The notes: generated from the sequence alone by a model not told the origin. Shown: positions 26,349-37,041, counted from the first letter of the stretch. The stretch is 64,000 bases of DNA from Patescibacteria group bacterium (GCA_040390125.1 JAZJYZ010000001.1:243026-307025), one strand, 5' to 3'. Made by a program: numbers and translations.

Positions 26349-29297
26349 ATGGCGATTCGGATTGATGTAGTGCCTACCATCCCCGACGCACGTGCAGATG
26401 TAAAAAAGAAAGAATTTCAAAATCTTGTTCCAAGTGCCTCTATTCAAGCAGTGCACGTTGTTGACTCCTACCTCATTGATGCCCCTCTCTCGAAGGCTTC
26501 GCTTCTAAAAGCGGAAGTGGCACTGGTGAACCCTACGGTCGAGCGGTCTTTCATTGGCCGTTGGTTACCGGAGTCTTTCCAGGTGGCAATTGAGATTGGC
26601 TTTCTCCCGGGCGTGACCGACAACGTAGGGAACACTGCCACGGAAGCCATTGCAGACACCACCAAGCGAGCATTCAAGTCGGGCGAGAAAGTATATTCAC
26701 TCCAGGTGTTTTTTATTGAAGGCAAACTTTCTTCTGCACAAGTAGAAAAAATAGCATCAAGTCTCTATAACCCGCTTATTCAATCGGTGCAGATTTACGA
26801 TGTATCGCTCAAGGCTAAAAAAATACCAGCGGGCGTTCCTAAGGTTGAGCTCAACGGGTCATCTCGTGTACTTGAGGTAAACATGGAGGTTGATGATTCT
26901 GAGCTCATAGCAATAGGAGCTCATGGCATTAAAGACGAACAAGGTGTACCTCGAGGGCCTTTAGCGCTTGACTTGAATGCACTCCACGCAATTCGCAATC
27001 ATTTTCGTCGTCTCCGTAGAAACCCGACGGACGTGGAGCTTGAAGCTCTTGCACAGACGTGGTCAGAGCATTGTAAGCACACCATATTTGCAAATCCACT
27101 CGATTCAATTTCAGAAGGTATTTACAAGAAATATATTAAAGGAGCAACGGCACGTATTCGTGCGAAAAAAGGAAAGAAAGATTTTTGTGTGTCAGTTTTC
27201 AAGGACAATGCCGGAGGCATTGTGTTTGACGAGGAGTATGTGGTCACGCATAAAGTGGAAACCCACAACAGCCCATCCGCTCTCGACCCATTTGGTGGTG
27301 CCATTACCGGCATTGTGGGTGTGAATCGAGACACGTTAGGGTTTGGGCTCGGTGCAAAACCCGTTGCGAACGTATATGGTTTTTGTTTTGCCTTTCCTGA
27401 GGACACGAGGAAGTTATATAGAGATAAAAACCTGACACAGGAAATGCTTCCCCCAAAGAGAATTGCAGAAGGTGTCATAAAAGGAATCAACGCAGGAGGG
27501 AACCAAAGTGGCATCCCCACCCCAAATGGCTTCATGATTTTTGATGAATCCTATCGCGGAAAGCCGTTAGTATTTGCAGGGACGGTGGGCTTGATTCCAC
27601 AAAAGAACGGCAAGCGAATCCTGTATGAGAAGAAAGCACGCCCTGGAGATTACATGGTTATGGTTGGGGGCAAAGTGGGCTTAGACGGCATTCATGGTGC
27701 AACATTTTCATCGGTGAGTTTGGATTCAGGAAGTCCGGCAACAGCGGTGCAAATTGGAGATCCTATTACTCAGAAGAAATTTTCGGATGCCATTTGCAAG
27801 GAAGCAAGAGATTTGAATCTGTACAATAGTATTACCGACAATGGTGCAGGGGGCTTGTCGTCTTCTGTCGCTGAAATGGCGAGAGAATCAAACGGGTGCA
27901 AGGTGGATCTTGAAAAGGTGCCGCTCAAGTATCCTGGGCTTGAGCCTTGGCAGATATGGATTTCAGAGTCCCAAGAGCGAATGACGCTCGCAGTACCTAA
28001 AGGTAAATGGAAAGCATTCGCTACCCTGATGAAACGCCGTGGCGTTGAAGCCACTATTATAGGAGAGTTCACTCGCTCGGGGAGTTGTGTGATCACCTAC
28101 AAAAAGAAAAAAGTGATGGATTTAAAGCTTGCATTCTTGCATGACGGTCTACCTAAAGTGCAGATGCATACAAAGAAACCCGAATTTGTTTTTGAAGAAC
28201 CTAAACTCACTGAACCTCAAGATTTTTCTGAAGCCTTGCTGAGAATGCTTTCTCGTCACAACATTGCATCGCATGAGTTTCTTGCACGCCAATTTGATCA
28301 TGAAGTGCAGGGTGGTTCTGTTATAAAGCCGGTGCAAGGCGCTGGTCGTGTTACGGGAGATGCAGGTGTGTTTCGTCCACTCCTTAGCTCAAAGAAGGCG
28401 GTTGTACTTTCAAACGGGCTCACACCGTACTATGCAAACCTCGACCCATACAAAATGGCAGCCGCATCAATTGATACCGCTATCAGAAATGCCATCGTCG
28501 CTGGTGCAACCCTAGACCATCTCGCGATCTTAGATAACTTTTGCTGGACGTCATCCGATGAGCCAGAGCGTCTGTGGCAACTCAAAGAATCCGCACGAGC
28601 GTGCTACGACTACGCAACGCTTTACGGCACCCCGTTTATTTCAGGGAAAGACAGCATGTTTAATGATTTTAAGGGGTACGACGAAGACGGAGACTTTTTG
28701 AAAATTTCTATTCTCCCTACACTACTCATCTCAACTCTCGGTGTCATCAAAGATGCCGAAAAAGCAATTTCAATCGACGTAAAAAGTCCTGGCGACATTG
28801 TGTATGTGCTTGGAGAGACGCACGATGAGCTTGGTGGTTCTGAATACTATCGGATGCTTGGGAGTAAGATTGGTGGGGAAGTGCCTGCGGTGGATGGAAA
28901 AAAGAATCTAAAACTCTACCGTGCGTTTACCAAGGCAGGAGAGCTTGGACTAGTGGCTTCTGCTATTTCTGTAGGTAGAGGTGGACTTGCAGTCGCACTT
29001 GCTCGCATGAGTATGGCTGGAAAGCGTGGTCTTGATATAAATCTTTCAGACATTCCCGGCGATGCAAAGCGTGTTGATTCAATTCTTTTTTCAGAGTCTC
29101 AAGGAAGAATTGTCGCAACAGTTGCTCCTGAAAATGCTGAAAAATTTGAGAAACTTTTTGCAGATGTTGCTATCCATAACGTTGGTACGGTCACGAACGC
29201 CCAAACACTTTCCATAAAATGCTCAAATAGTCACTCTGCGCATTTTTCGTTTGAGCGAGCAATTCAAGCCTATCGTTCGACCTTTAAAAAATGGTAA
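26349..29297 (+). CDS. purL: phosphoribosylformylglycinamidine synthase subunit PurL with ~200-aa N-terminal extension (PurS-like fusion?)
   Basis: Two AIR-synthase-related repeats (GVPTPNGFMIFDESY; DNGAGGLSSSVAEMA; FISGKDSMFND). It is about 980 aa. It lies next to purQ. Confidence 0.85.
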   Translation: MAIRIDVVPTIPDARADVKKKEFQNLVPSASIQAVHVVDSYLIDAPLSKASLLKAEVALVNPTVERSFIGRWLPESFQVAIEIGFLPGVTDNVGNTATEAIADTTKRAFKSGEKVYSLQVFFIEGKLSSAQVEKIASSLYNPLIQSVQIYDVSLKAKKIPAGVPKVELNGSSRVLEVNMEVDDSELIAIGAHGIKDEQGVPRGPLALDLNALHAIRNHFRRLRRNPTDVELEALAQTWSEHCKHTIFANPLDSISEGIYKKYIKGATARIRAKKGKKDFCVSVFKDNAGGIVFDEEYVVTHKVETHNSPSALDPFGGAITGIVGVNRDTLGFGLGAKPVANVYGFCFAFPEDTRKLYRDKNLTQEMLPPKRIAEGVIKGINAGGNQSGIPTPNGFMIFDESYRGKPLVFAGTVGLIPQKNGKRILYEKKARPGDYMVMVGGKVGLDGIHGATFSSVSLDSGSPATAVQIGDPITQKKFSDAICKEARDLNLYNSITDNGAGGLSSSVAEMARESNGCKVDLEKVPLKYPGLEPWQIWISESQERMTLAVPKGKWKAFATLMKRRGVEATIIGEFTRSGSCVITYKKKKVMDLKLAFLHDGLPKVQMHTKKPEFVFEEPKLTEPQDFSEALLRMLSRHNIASHEFLARQFDHEVQGGSVIKPVQGAGRVTGDAGVFRPLLSSKKAVVLSNGLTPYYANLDPYKMAAASIDTAIRNAIVAGATLDHLAILDNFCWTSSDEPERLWQLKESARACYDYATLYGTPFISGKDSMFNDFKGYDEDGDFLKISILPTLLISTLGVIKDAEKAISIDVKSPGDIVYVLGETHDELGGSEYYRMLGSKIGGEVPAVDGKKNLKLYRAFTKAGELGLVASAISVGRGGLAVALARMSMAGKRGLDINLSDIPGDAKRVDSILFSESQGRIVATVAPENAEKFEKLFADVAIHNVGTVTNAQTLSIKCSNSHSAHFSFERAIQAYRSTFKKW

Positions 29298-29923
29298 TTA
29301 TGACTGAAGACGTAACAAAATTGAATTACGAAATCGCCCACGATTGGCATGCTGAAAAGAGTGCTTTGTATGATTGGCGGTCTCAAATTGATTCCTTCCT
29401 AAAGCTTTTGAGTCTCCCGTTGGCTAAAGTGCTCGATGTAGGGTGTGGTGATGAGAGGGATATTCGGACCTTTCGAGAGAAAGGGGTCAACGTTGAAGGT
29501 TTGGATTATTCCCACACATCCGTAGAAGTATTGAAGCAGAAATTTCCGACAGGGAAATTTTACGAAGCAGACATGCGGGCTACTGGGTTAGAGTCTGAGA
29601 GCTATGACGGTATCTGGGCGTGTGCCTCCATATTGAATCTTAAAAAAACCGACGTTCCTGTTGCTCTTGTTGAATTTAACCGCATTCTGAAAGCGAATGG
29701 CGTGCTATTCATCTCAGTTAAAGAGGGAGAAGGGGAGAGGATGGTTCCAGACAAAGCGGGCGAGAGATTCTTTAGTTTTTATTCTGAAGAAGAATTAAAA
29801 AGAATGATCGAGAGTGCCAGCTTCCAAGTAGTTCATACTGAAGTTATGGGAGATACGTTTTCTCTAGCATCACAAGGTGCAACCCTTCCCCGATGGATTT
29901 CTCTCTACGCAAAAAAAATATGA
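29291..29923 (+). CDS. class I SAM-dependent methyltransferase
   Basis: Motif I VLDVGCGDERD, and the post-I and motif II spacing, match Methyltransf_11-like proteins. Confidence 0.7.
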   Translation: MVIMTEDVTKLNYEIAHDWHAEKSALYDWRSQIDSFLKLLSLPLAKVLDVGCGDERDIRTFREKGVNVEGLDYSHTSVEVLKQKFPTGKFYEADMRATGLESESYDGIWACASILNLKKTDVPVALVEFNRILKANGVLFISVKEGEGERMVPDKAGERFFSFYSEEELKRMIESASFQVVHTEVMGDTFSLASQGATLPRWISLYAKKI

Positions 29924-30729
29924 AAAATCCTCCCTCAAAGCCAAAAGCCAAAAGCCAAAAGCTAGTCCGTGTCTTGGTATTTTCCGGCTACGGCCTTAAC
30001 TGTGAAGAAGAAGCACGCTACGGCTTCGAGCTTGCAGGAGCGGACGCTGAGATTGTGCACATTAACGACATCATTGATGGAAAAGTGAAGCTTGAGAAAT
30101 ACCAAATCCTCGCATTTCCTGGAGGATTTGCGTATGGCGATGACACAGGCTCTGGAAAGGCATACGCAAATCGGGTAAAAAATCATCTTTCAAAACCTCT
30201 ACAGAAATTCATAAAGGAAAAAAAGCTCATTATAGGTATTTGCAATGGTTTTCAAATTCTCACGCAAATAGGATTGCTCGAGGGAGCACTTACATTCAAC
30301 GAATCAAATCGCTACTCCGACCGTTGGACAGACATGGAAGTTGTGGGTGCGAGCCCGTGGCTCAGGGGAATTAAAAATATATCAGCACCCATTGGGCACG
30401 GAGAGGGGAGGTACATTGCTGATCAAAAAACTCTTGCGAACCTGAAAGCGAAAAATGAGGTTGCACTTCGGTACGTGAAAGGTGACACGGCAACCTATCA
30501 AGACTTACCCGCAAACCCTAACGGTGCAACTGAAAACATTGCCGGTGTTCTTTCCCATGAAGGAAGGGTTTTTGGGCTCATGCCACACCCTGATCGTGCT
30601 CTTTTTACAACCACGCTTCCAAACTGGCCTATCTTAAAAGAAGAAGCAAAACGCACAGGCGCTTCGTTTCCTGAGCACGGACCCGGATTTCAGATATTTA
30701 AAAACGGAGTTGATTATTTCAAAAATTAG
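29893..30729 (+). CDS. purQ: phosphoribosylformylglycinamidine synthase glutaminase subunit PurQ; 5' end uncertain
   Basis: Triad context GICNGFQIL...HPDRA and VLVFSGYGLNCE. The annotated N-terminus is translated through the aaagccaaaagccaaaagccaaaagc repeat (29936-29962). The likely true start is downstream. Confidence 0.8.
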   Translation: MDFSLRKKNMKNPPSKPKAKSQKLVRVLVFSGYGLNCEEEARYGFELAGADAEIVHINDIIDGKVKLEKYQILAFPGGFAYGDDTGSGKAYANRVKNHLSKPLQKFIKEKKLIIGICNGFQILTQIGLLEGALTFNESNRYSDRWTDMEVVGASPWLRGIKNISAPIGHGEGRYIADQKTLANLKAKNEVALRYVKGDTATYQDLPANPNGATENIAGVLSHEGRVFGLMPHPDRALFTTTLPNWPILKEEAKRTGASFPEHGPGFQIFKNGVDYFKN

Positions 30730-30899
30730 AGGTATAATATATTTAATCAAACGCCACGTATCTAATGCGGTTTTTGGTTCCTCAAGACTGATTTTGGCTT
30801 AGAATCTATTCCGATAGGCTCTAAATAAAACGACGACATTCCTGCCGCCTCTACCAGAACCAGCCTTTTTTAAGGGCTTTTTTTGTTTCCTTTTTATCT

Positions 30900-32585
30900 A
30901 TGTTTGAAACTGAAACTACACTTGAAAAAATACATAGACCACAAACTAACCATAAAATGGCGGATGGTCGCCATGGTGCATGGTCTGAAGCATCCACTAT
31001 GTTGGCGGAACTTTTGAGTAAAAAAACACGTTCAATAGAAGCGTCTCTCACACCGGAAACTCCACATTGGAAACGCATCATCATTGTGCACAATCGGCTT
31101 CCTTTCAATATTAAACACGATGCATTAGGGAATCCTTCTGTTTCGCCAAGTGCAGGTGGATTAGTAACTGCGATGTCGCCACTTTTCAAAGCTGGTATGC
31201 GTAGTAAATGGGTTGGCTGGCCAGGCACGGAGAAGGACGAAGGCCTTGAAGATGCCGTGCGTGCTGTCGCCAACGGTAAGGAGATAGGTATTGTTCGACT
31301 TACTAAAGATGAAGTAGAGGGACACTACGAAGGATATTCCAACAAAGTTTTAACGCCTTTATTTGAAAGTGCGATCGATAAAATCGATTATAGTGATATC
31401 GATACTAACTGGATTATTTATCAAGAGGTGCAGAAAAAGTTTGCCCATAAAGTAGCTGAGGACGTGCGTGCGGACGATGTTATATGGATTCATGATTGGC
31501 ATCTAACTGGTGTTGGTAAAGAGTTGCGTGAGATGGGTGTAGATCAACCTCTTGGTTTTTTCTTACACATACCCTTTCCGCATAAAGAAGAGCTTGCACT
31601 TCTGCCTCAATACAAAATATTGCTACAGAATCTTTTAGCTCATGACATCGTGGGTTTTCAGACAGATGTTTTTAAAAAACGTTTCATTGATGCGGTATGC
31701 ACATATATTCCTGGTGTTGTTGTTGAAAAACAATCCGACACTGTCACACTTTTGCACATTGGAGAGCGAGTTATTCGAGTGGGTAATTTCCCTATAAGTA
31801 TTGACCCTAAGGAATTTTTGGAGCAAGTTGCAGAGCCACCAACAGTAGAATACGCCAGACGATTAGATAAAGAGTTACGTAAAGATGGCGAAGTCCAATT
31901 GATTTTTAATGCTGGTCGACTCGATTACATTAAAGGATTTTATGAGGAATTGCTTGCGTTTGATCGTTTACTAGAAAAACACCCAGAGCTCATTGGGAAG
32001 GTGGTACTTTTCCAGTTAGTAATACCAAGTCGAGAGTCTATTCTTGCGTACAAAGAATATAAAGAAAAAATTCTTGCCTTGGCTGAAAAGATTAATAGGA
32101 AACATAAAATTGCAATTACACAAAAGCCGACTTCGGAATCTGAACAGGGTGAATCTTTTGCAGCGTACGAAGACATGCCAGTAAGGCAAGTGCACGCTCA
32201 TATGGACAGATCAATGTATTTGGCACATTTACACGTTGCCGATATTCAGAGTGTCCCTACAAAGGCAGATGGTATGAATCTTGTTGCTAAAGAGGGTGCG
32301 GTTGTTGGTAAGTCGACCATGGTGCAACTTCTTGGAAAAGATGCAGGTGTAGCAGAGGAACTTGCCGATTCCGCAGTTATTATTGATCCTGACAACACTG
32401 AATCATTTGCCGACGCTCTTTACGAGGCATATGCAATGAAGGATGCAGAAAAAACTACTCGAAAAAGTAAGATGCTTTCCGTTATACAGTCGAACGATGT
32501 CTTTAGTTGGTGGTCAAAAGAGCAGGGGCCACTTTTCCAAGAGGTGTGGACTGAAAAAACAAAAAATAACCCCTCACTTCACTAG
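30900..32585 (+). CDS. otsA: alpha,alpha-trehalose-phosphate synthase (GT20)
   Basis: GT20 motifs IIVHNRLPF, WIHDWHL and GFFLHIPFP. Confidence 0.8.
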   Translation: MFETETTLEKIHRPQTNHKMADGRHGAWSEASTMLAELLSKKTRSIEASLTPETPHWKRIIIVHNRLPFNIKHDALGNPSVSPSAGGLVTAMSPLFKAGMRSKWVGWPGTEKDEGLEDAVRAVANGKEIGIVRLTKDEVEGHYEGYSNKVLTPLFESAIDKIDYSDIDTNWIIYQEVQKKFAHKVAEDVRADDVIWIHDWHLTGVGKELREMGVDQPLGFFLHIPFPHKEELALLPQYKILLQNLLAHDIVGFQTDVFKKRFIDAVCTYIPGVVVEKQSDTVTLLHIGERVIRVGNFPISIDPKEFLEQVAEPPTVEYARRLDKELRKDGEVQLIFNAGRLDYIKGFYEELLAFDRLLEKHPELIGKVVLFQLVIPSRESILAYKEYKEKILALAEKINRKHKIAITQKPTSESEQGESFAAYEDMPVRQVHAHMDRSMYLAHLHVADIQSVPTKADGMNLVAKEGAVVGKSTMVQLLGKDAGVAEELADSAVIIDPDNTESFADALYEAYAMKDAEKTTRKSKMLSVIQSNDVFSWWSKEQGPLFQEVWTEKTKNNPSLH

Positions 32586-32593
32586 GTGAAATC

Positions 32594-33451
32594 TCAAACC
32601 TCGAATGCTTGTGACGCTTCATTTGTGAGTTCCAGCCACCTATCCTCAGTGAGCTTGGCTTTTGTGAAAATACGCGACAAAATACCTTCGTTTGGGAGTT
32701 GTGTAAAATTATATGCTGGGGCAACTCGCAGTTGCTCTTCTTTCAATGACACTTTTGGGAAAGTTGTCTGTTGGCTTTTGTGTGCTTCAAACAGTTGTTC
32801 TTTCAGGTTTCGCTCTTCTGCACTCAGTGGGAGTGAAAAGGTTTTGTTGTTTTTTGAGGGAACGAAACTTTGCCATGTGATATCTTCGATTTCTCCACGA
32901 TAGATAGGTGCTTCTATGATTTCTAAGGGTAACTTCTCTTTTGCCATTATCGCTTTTGCCATGTGCACTGCAAAAGCAGTGGCATCATGATCCGGGTGCC
33001 CTCCTTCATAAGAGTGGGTCAATACAAATCGAATATTGTTATTGATAAAAAGAGTGACAAGTCTTTCGATATTTTCAATGAGTTGAAATGCTACTTGCTG
33101 GTCTGTCACACCCAATGACACTCGTGGCCCTGTGTGTCCAGCAATATCGAGTGCATTTTTTAATTCATCGGCTCTTGCTACTGCATATTCTGCTTGTGTA
33201 TCGAATCCATTTTTCTGCCATTCTTTTGGGCTTTCAGGTGCTCCGTCTGTCACGTGCACCATGAGGCATCTTGGAAAGCGGGGAAGCTGGGCACCGAAAG
33301 CAATTGACTCATCATCAGGGTGTGCAACGACGACAGCAATTCTTGAATCATCAAGAATTGACTCACGCTTCTGGAGTTTCTCTAAAAAATCCAGGCTATC
33401 TCTGGGGCTTTGCTCTCGACGTTCTAGGTCATTTTCTCCCATATGTCTCAT
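32594..33451 (-). CDS. PIG-L/LmbE family N-acetylglucosaminyl deacetylase
   Basis: VVVAHPDDESIAFG motif, plus HxxH-type metal ligands further downstream. Confidence 0.75.
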   Translation of the reverse strand: MRHMGENDLERREQSPRDSLDFLEKLQKRESILDDSRIAVVVAHPDDESIAFGAQLPRFPRCLMVHVTDGAPESPKEWQKNGFDTQAEYAVARADELKNALDIAGHTGPRVSLGVTDQQVAFQLIENIERLVTLFINNNIRFVLTHSYEGGHPDHDATAFAVHMAKAIMAKEKLPLEIIEAPIYRGEIEDITWQSFVPSKNNKTFSLPLSAEERNLKEQLFEAHKSQQTTFPKVSLKEEQLRVAPAYNFTQLPNEGILSRIFTKAKLTEDRWLELTNEASQAFEV

Positions 33452-33796
33452 TCTCTATTCGCAACCTTTGCCCAAGAACACCTAGTTCTTCAATTTGAAG
33501 TAGTAGACCTTCCCTTTGACGAGATTTCGGAATCCCTTCACCTAACCTGTCGGGTCTCAACACCCGGCTTTGTATGCCGAGTGCTTCAATGCTCAGTTGT
33601 ATGTGATGTCTCAGAATTGCAACGAATGCTGCTGGCATAGGATCTTGGTTGGGCTTTCTTTCGGACATTTTAAAAATATAACACAGTTTTTATTAAAAGC
33701 AATTTTTGTACAAAAACTAAGCAGACAAAATATTTTGTATATTACAAGTAACCTAATGACGACAAAGGCTTCAGTTGGTATACTAGTCGTACATCT

Positions 33797-34321
33797 ATGG
33801 GAACGGTACAAGTTGGCATCATTATGGGTTCGGATTCGGATTTGCCGGTGATGAAGGCAGCACTTGAAGTGCTTCACGATTTGGGAATTGAATCAGAAAT
33901 CACAGCACTTTCAGCTCACCGTGCACCTGAAGCTGTTGCCGAATACGCAAAGACTGCAGCCGAAAGGGGACTTAAAGTGATTATTGCAGGAGCTGGCGTT
34001 GCTGCGCACCTGCCAGGAGTCATTGCTGCATTCACTCCACTTCCTGTTATTGGTGTTCCTATAAAAAGCTCTGGCACTGCAGGCATTGATTCACTGTTTG
34101 CTATTGCACAGATGCCACCAGGAGTTCCCGTTGCAACAGTTGCAATAAACGGTGCAAAGAACGCAGGCATCCTTGCCGCTCAAATGATTGGCACTGGCGA
34201 CTCCGTTGTGCGGGAGAAAATAGTCGCATTCAAAGCAAAGCTTGAGAAAGAAGTGTTAGAGAAAGCACAAAAGATGGAAGAAAAAGGCTTTGAACGTTAC
34301 ATGAAAGAGAATCTCACATGA
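33797..34321 (+). CDS. purE: N5-carboxyaminoimidazole ribonucleotide mutase PurE
   Basis: VGIIMGSDSDLPVMK...AHRAPE...IAGAGVAAHLPGV matches PurE. Confidence 0.85.
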   Translation: MGTVQVGIIMGSDSDLPVMKAALEVLHDLGIESEITALSAHRAPEAVAEYAKTAAERGLKVIIAGAGVAAHLPGVIAAFTPLPVIGVPIKSSGTAGIDSLFAIAQMPPGVPVATVAINGAKNAGILAAQMIGTGDSVVREKIVAFKAKLEKEVLEKAQKMEEKGFERYMKENLT

Positions 34322-35442
34322 CAGAACAATCTCTCTACGCAAAAGCTGGAGTTGATTACACAAAGCTAGAGCCGTTTAAGCAGGCGATGATTGCGGCGGG
34401 AAAGCGTACGACTAGTTTTCCAAACAAGAGAAATGTTTTTATTGCAGAAGATGTAATGCACTCACATGGTGCAGTGTATGAATATCGGGGAACAGAAGAG
34501 CATATTTGGTGTACGACGCAGGAAGGACTTGGAAACAAAAACTGGATTGCTGAGTGGATGTACCAGCATGAGGGCACGGGCAAAACGTACTACGACGCCA
34601 TTGCTATCGACACAGCCTTGATGATTGTCAACGATGTCATTGCGCAAGGTGCGATGCCGGTGGTTTTTTGTGACCACATTGATGTGGGTACGAGTGAGTG
34701 GTTTGCGGATGATAAAAGAAACAAAGATTTAGCGGATGGTTTTTATAAAATCTGTGAAGAGGTTGGCATGGCACTTCCAGCGGGGGAGTCAGCACCCTTG
34801 AAATATCTTTTGAAATCAGAGCCACCAGTGACTTCTGCGCCATCTCTTTCAGGCTCGGTGACCGGAATCATTTCTCCGAAAAGTCGTCTTATAACTGGGA
34901 AAAAGCTTGGAGCAGGCGATCACATCATTGCGGTTGCATCGTCGGGCCTGCATTCGAACGGCGTTTCATTAGTTATTCAAAAGGCACTTGAATTGCCTGA
35001 AAAGTTTTTAACAAAGCTTCCTAATGGCAATACGCTCGGAGCGGAATCCTTGATTCCTACACGCTCATACGTTGCCCTCGTGGAAGCTCTGCTTGAAGCA
35101 GGTATTGATATTCACGCACTTTTGCCTGGAACTGGGGACGGTGTAGGGAAGTTGGCGTTTGATAAACGCTCATTTACCTACCGTGTACATTCCTGGCTCA
35201 AGGTTCCAGATCTTTTTATGTATTTCAAAGATGTACTCAATGTTCCTCTCAAAGACTGCTTAAAAACTTTTAACTGGGGTGCCGGGTATTACATTTTTGC
35301 TGAAGCTTCAGAGGTGGAAAAAATAATTTCAATCGGTACAAAGGCTGGTTATACTCTTATGGACATTGGTACCGTGGAGGAGGGTAAGCGAGAAGTTATT
35401 TTTGAACCTGAGAATATAACTCTTCCACCTCCGGGGGAATGA
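34318..35442 (+). CDS. purM: AIR synthase family protein, probable phosphoribosylformylglycinamidine cyclo-ligase PurM
   Basis: N-terminal YAKAGVDY, with PurM-like N and C domains. It lies between purE and purC. Confidence 0.65.
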   Translation: MTEQSLYAKAGVDYTKLEPFKQAMIAAGKRTTSFPNKRNVFIAEDVMHSHGAVYEYRGTEEHIWCTTQEGLGNKNWIAEWMYQHEGTGKTYYDAIAIDTALMIVNDVIAQGAMPVVFCDHIDVGTSEWFADDKRNKDLADGFYKICEEVGMALPAGESAPLKYLLKSEPPVTSAPSLSGSVTGIISPKSRLITGKKLGAGDHIIAVASSGLHSNGVSLVIQKALELPEKFLTKLPNGNTLGAESLIPTRSYVALVEALLEAGIDIHALLPGTGDGVGKLAFDKRSFTYRVHSWLKVPDLFMYFKDVLNVPLKDCLKTFNWGAGYYIFAEASEVEKIISIGTKAGYTLMDIGTVEEGKREVIFEPENITLPPPGE

Positions 35443-35681
35443 TATTTTTTATGAGTACTCTTCTTGTTGTTTTTGAAGTAATTGTTTTGTACGGCGGATT
35501 TATTCTGTTGGCCGTAGGTACTCTCGTTGCTATTTTTATTCTTGGCAAAAAACTTGTTTCAAAATCACAGACTAGGAGAGATCGTCTTGTTACGATATTG
35601 GAGCTTGCTGTTCTTCTTGTGCTTGCCTTTGCTATACTTTTCCCTCATCAATTCGCTTCAGTTATGCGACTTATTATTTAA
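35439..35681 (+). CDS. small two-TM membrane protein
   Basis: 80 aa with two hydrophobic helices. Translationally coupled to purM. Confidence 0.35.
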   Translation: MIFFMSTLLVVFEVIVLYGGFILLAVGTLVAIFILGKKLVSKSQTRRDRLVTILELAVLLVLAFAILFPHQFASVMRLII

Positions 35682-35695
35682 TTTTTATTTTTAGT

Positions 35696-36631
35696 ATGGA
35701 CGTCATTAAAGAAACAAATTTTGAAGGGTTAGGAAAGAGAACACAGGGGAAGGTGCGGGATATTTATGAGCAACCGGCACAGCTTCTTTTGGTGACGACA
35801 GACAGGCACTCTTCGTTTGATAGAATTATTGCTCATATCCCACACAAGGGTGCAGTACTGAACCTAATAAGTGCGTTTTGGTTTGAACTTACGAAAGATA
35901 TTGTTCCCAATCAACTCATTGAAGTGCCCGACCCGAATGTGATTGTTGCCAAGCGAGCAGAGCCTTTCTTGGTGGAGGTAGTAGTGCGTGGATATTTAAC
36001 TGGTGTTACGGATACTTCTATATGGACTAATTACCAAAAAGGGAAGCGTGATTTTGGTGGCATTACACTCCCCGACGGCATGACAAAAAATATGCCACTT
36101 CCTCGAGCAATCATTACGCCAACAACAAAAGCAGGACATGACGAGAATCTAGAACTCTCAGAAGTAGTACCACGGGGTCTTGCGACTGCAGAGCAATGGA
36201 ACGAAATGCAGAAAGCGGCACTTGCTTTGTTTGCTCGTGGGCAGGAGCACGCATCGTCAAAGGGATTTATCCTCGTTGATACAAAATATGAATTCGGACT
36301 CTTTGACGGAAAAGTAATTCTTATAGACGAAGTGCACACGCCTGACAATTCACGTTACTGGCTCAAATCCTCTTTTGAAGAGCGTATTGCGAAAGGGGAG
36401 GAGCCAATGGCTTTTGATAAAGAGTTTTTACGTATTTGGTTTAAAGAAAATTGCGATCCATATAACGATGCCACTCTGCCAGAGGCTCCTACAGAAATGG
36501 TGACTGAGCTTTCTCGCAGGTACATTGAAATATACGAAACCCTTACGGGGACTAAGTTTGTAGTTGATGAGAGCGTGCCACCGCTGGAGCGGATGGAGAA
36601 AAACCTTGAGAAATATAAAACCTCCGCTTAG
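35696..36631 (+). CDS. purC: phosphoribosylaminoimidazole-succinocarboxamide synthase PurC (long form)
   Basis: Matches the SAICAR synthetase family (RDIYE...LLLVTTDRHSSFDR; VDTKYEFG). Confidence 0.85.
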   Translation: MDVIKETNFEGLGKRTQGKVRDIYEQPAQLLLVTTDRHSSFDRIIAHIPHKGAVLNLISAFWFELTKDIVPNQLIEVPDPNVIVAKRAEPFLVEVVVRGYLTGVTDTSIWTNYQKGKRDFGGITLPDGMTKNMPLPRAIITPTTKAGHDENLELSEVVPRGLATAEQWNEMQKAALALFARGQEHASSKGFILVDTKYEFGLFDGKVILIDEVHTPDNSRYWLKSSFEERIAKGEEPMAFDKEFLRIWFKENCDPYNDATLPEAPTEMVTELSRRYIEIYETLTGTKFVVDESVPPLERMEKNLEKYKTSA

Positions 36632-36644
36632 CGGAGGTTTTTAT
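36617..36644. terminator. bidirectional rho-independent terminator overlapping the purC stop codon
   Basis: aaaacctccgc-ttag-cggaggtttt. The stop codon TAG lies in the loop, and there are A/T runs on both sides. Confidence 0.75.
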
Positions 36645-36652
36645 TTTATCTA

Positions 36653-36886
36653 CTATTTACCTAAGCGTTTCAATTTCTTAATCACGCCCTTCTGTTCTGC
36701 AAGTAGTTGATCAAAGATTTCCTGGTTGCGATATGTTCGATTTGCATTTACACGACGACGAACGTCCGGCAGTATGGTTTCGATTACATCCAGTCGATCC
36801 TTTAGGTTTCTCGCACGCCATTCTTGAAGTCTCGCCCAAGGGTTCTTTTTTATTCCAAAGCTTTCTACTGCTACCGTCTGTTCCAT
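36653..36886 (-). CDS. hypothetical small basic protein
   Basis: 77 aa and Arg/Lys-rich. It lies convergent with purC. Confidence 0.3.
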   Translation of the reverse strand: MEQTVAVESFGIKKNPWARLQEWRARNLKDRLDVIETILPDVRRRVNANRTYRNQEIFDQLLAEQKGVIKKLKRLGK

Positions 36887-37005
36887 GTAGCGATATTACA
36901 CATTCAATAAAGTTTTGTCGATTTTAGGGAAAAGGGGATTGACCGATGCTTCAAAAGCGGTAATAGTGTATAAGAAGTTACTAGGAAATAGGTATTAAAG
37001 AGTAC

Positions 37006-37034
37006 TTGACAAAAATTAACTAGTCTGTTACTAT
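37006..37034 (+). promoter_or_regulatory. sigma70-type promoter (TTGACA-17-TACTAT) upstream of 37042..37440
   Basis: ttgaca at 37006-37011, a 17-nt spacer, and tactat at 37029-37034, which is 8 nt before the ATG. Confidence 0.6.
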
Positions 37035-37041
37035 ATACGGT

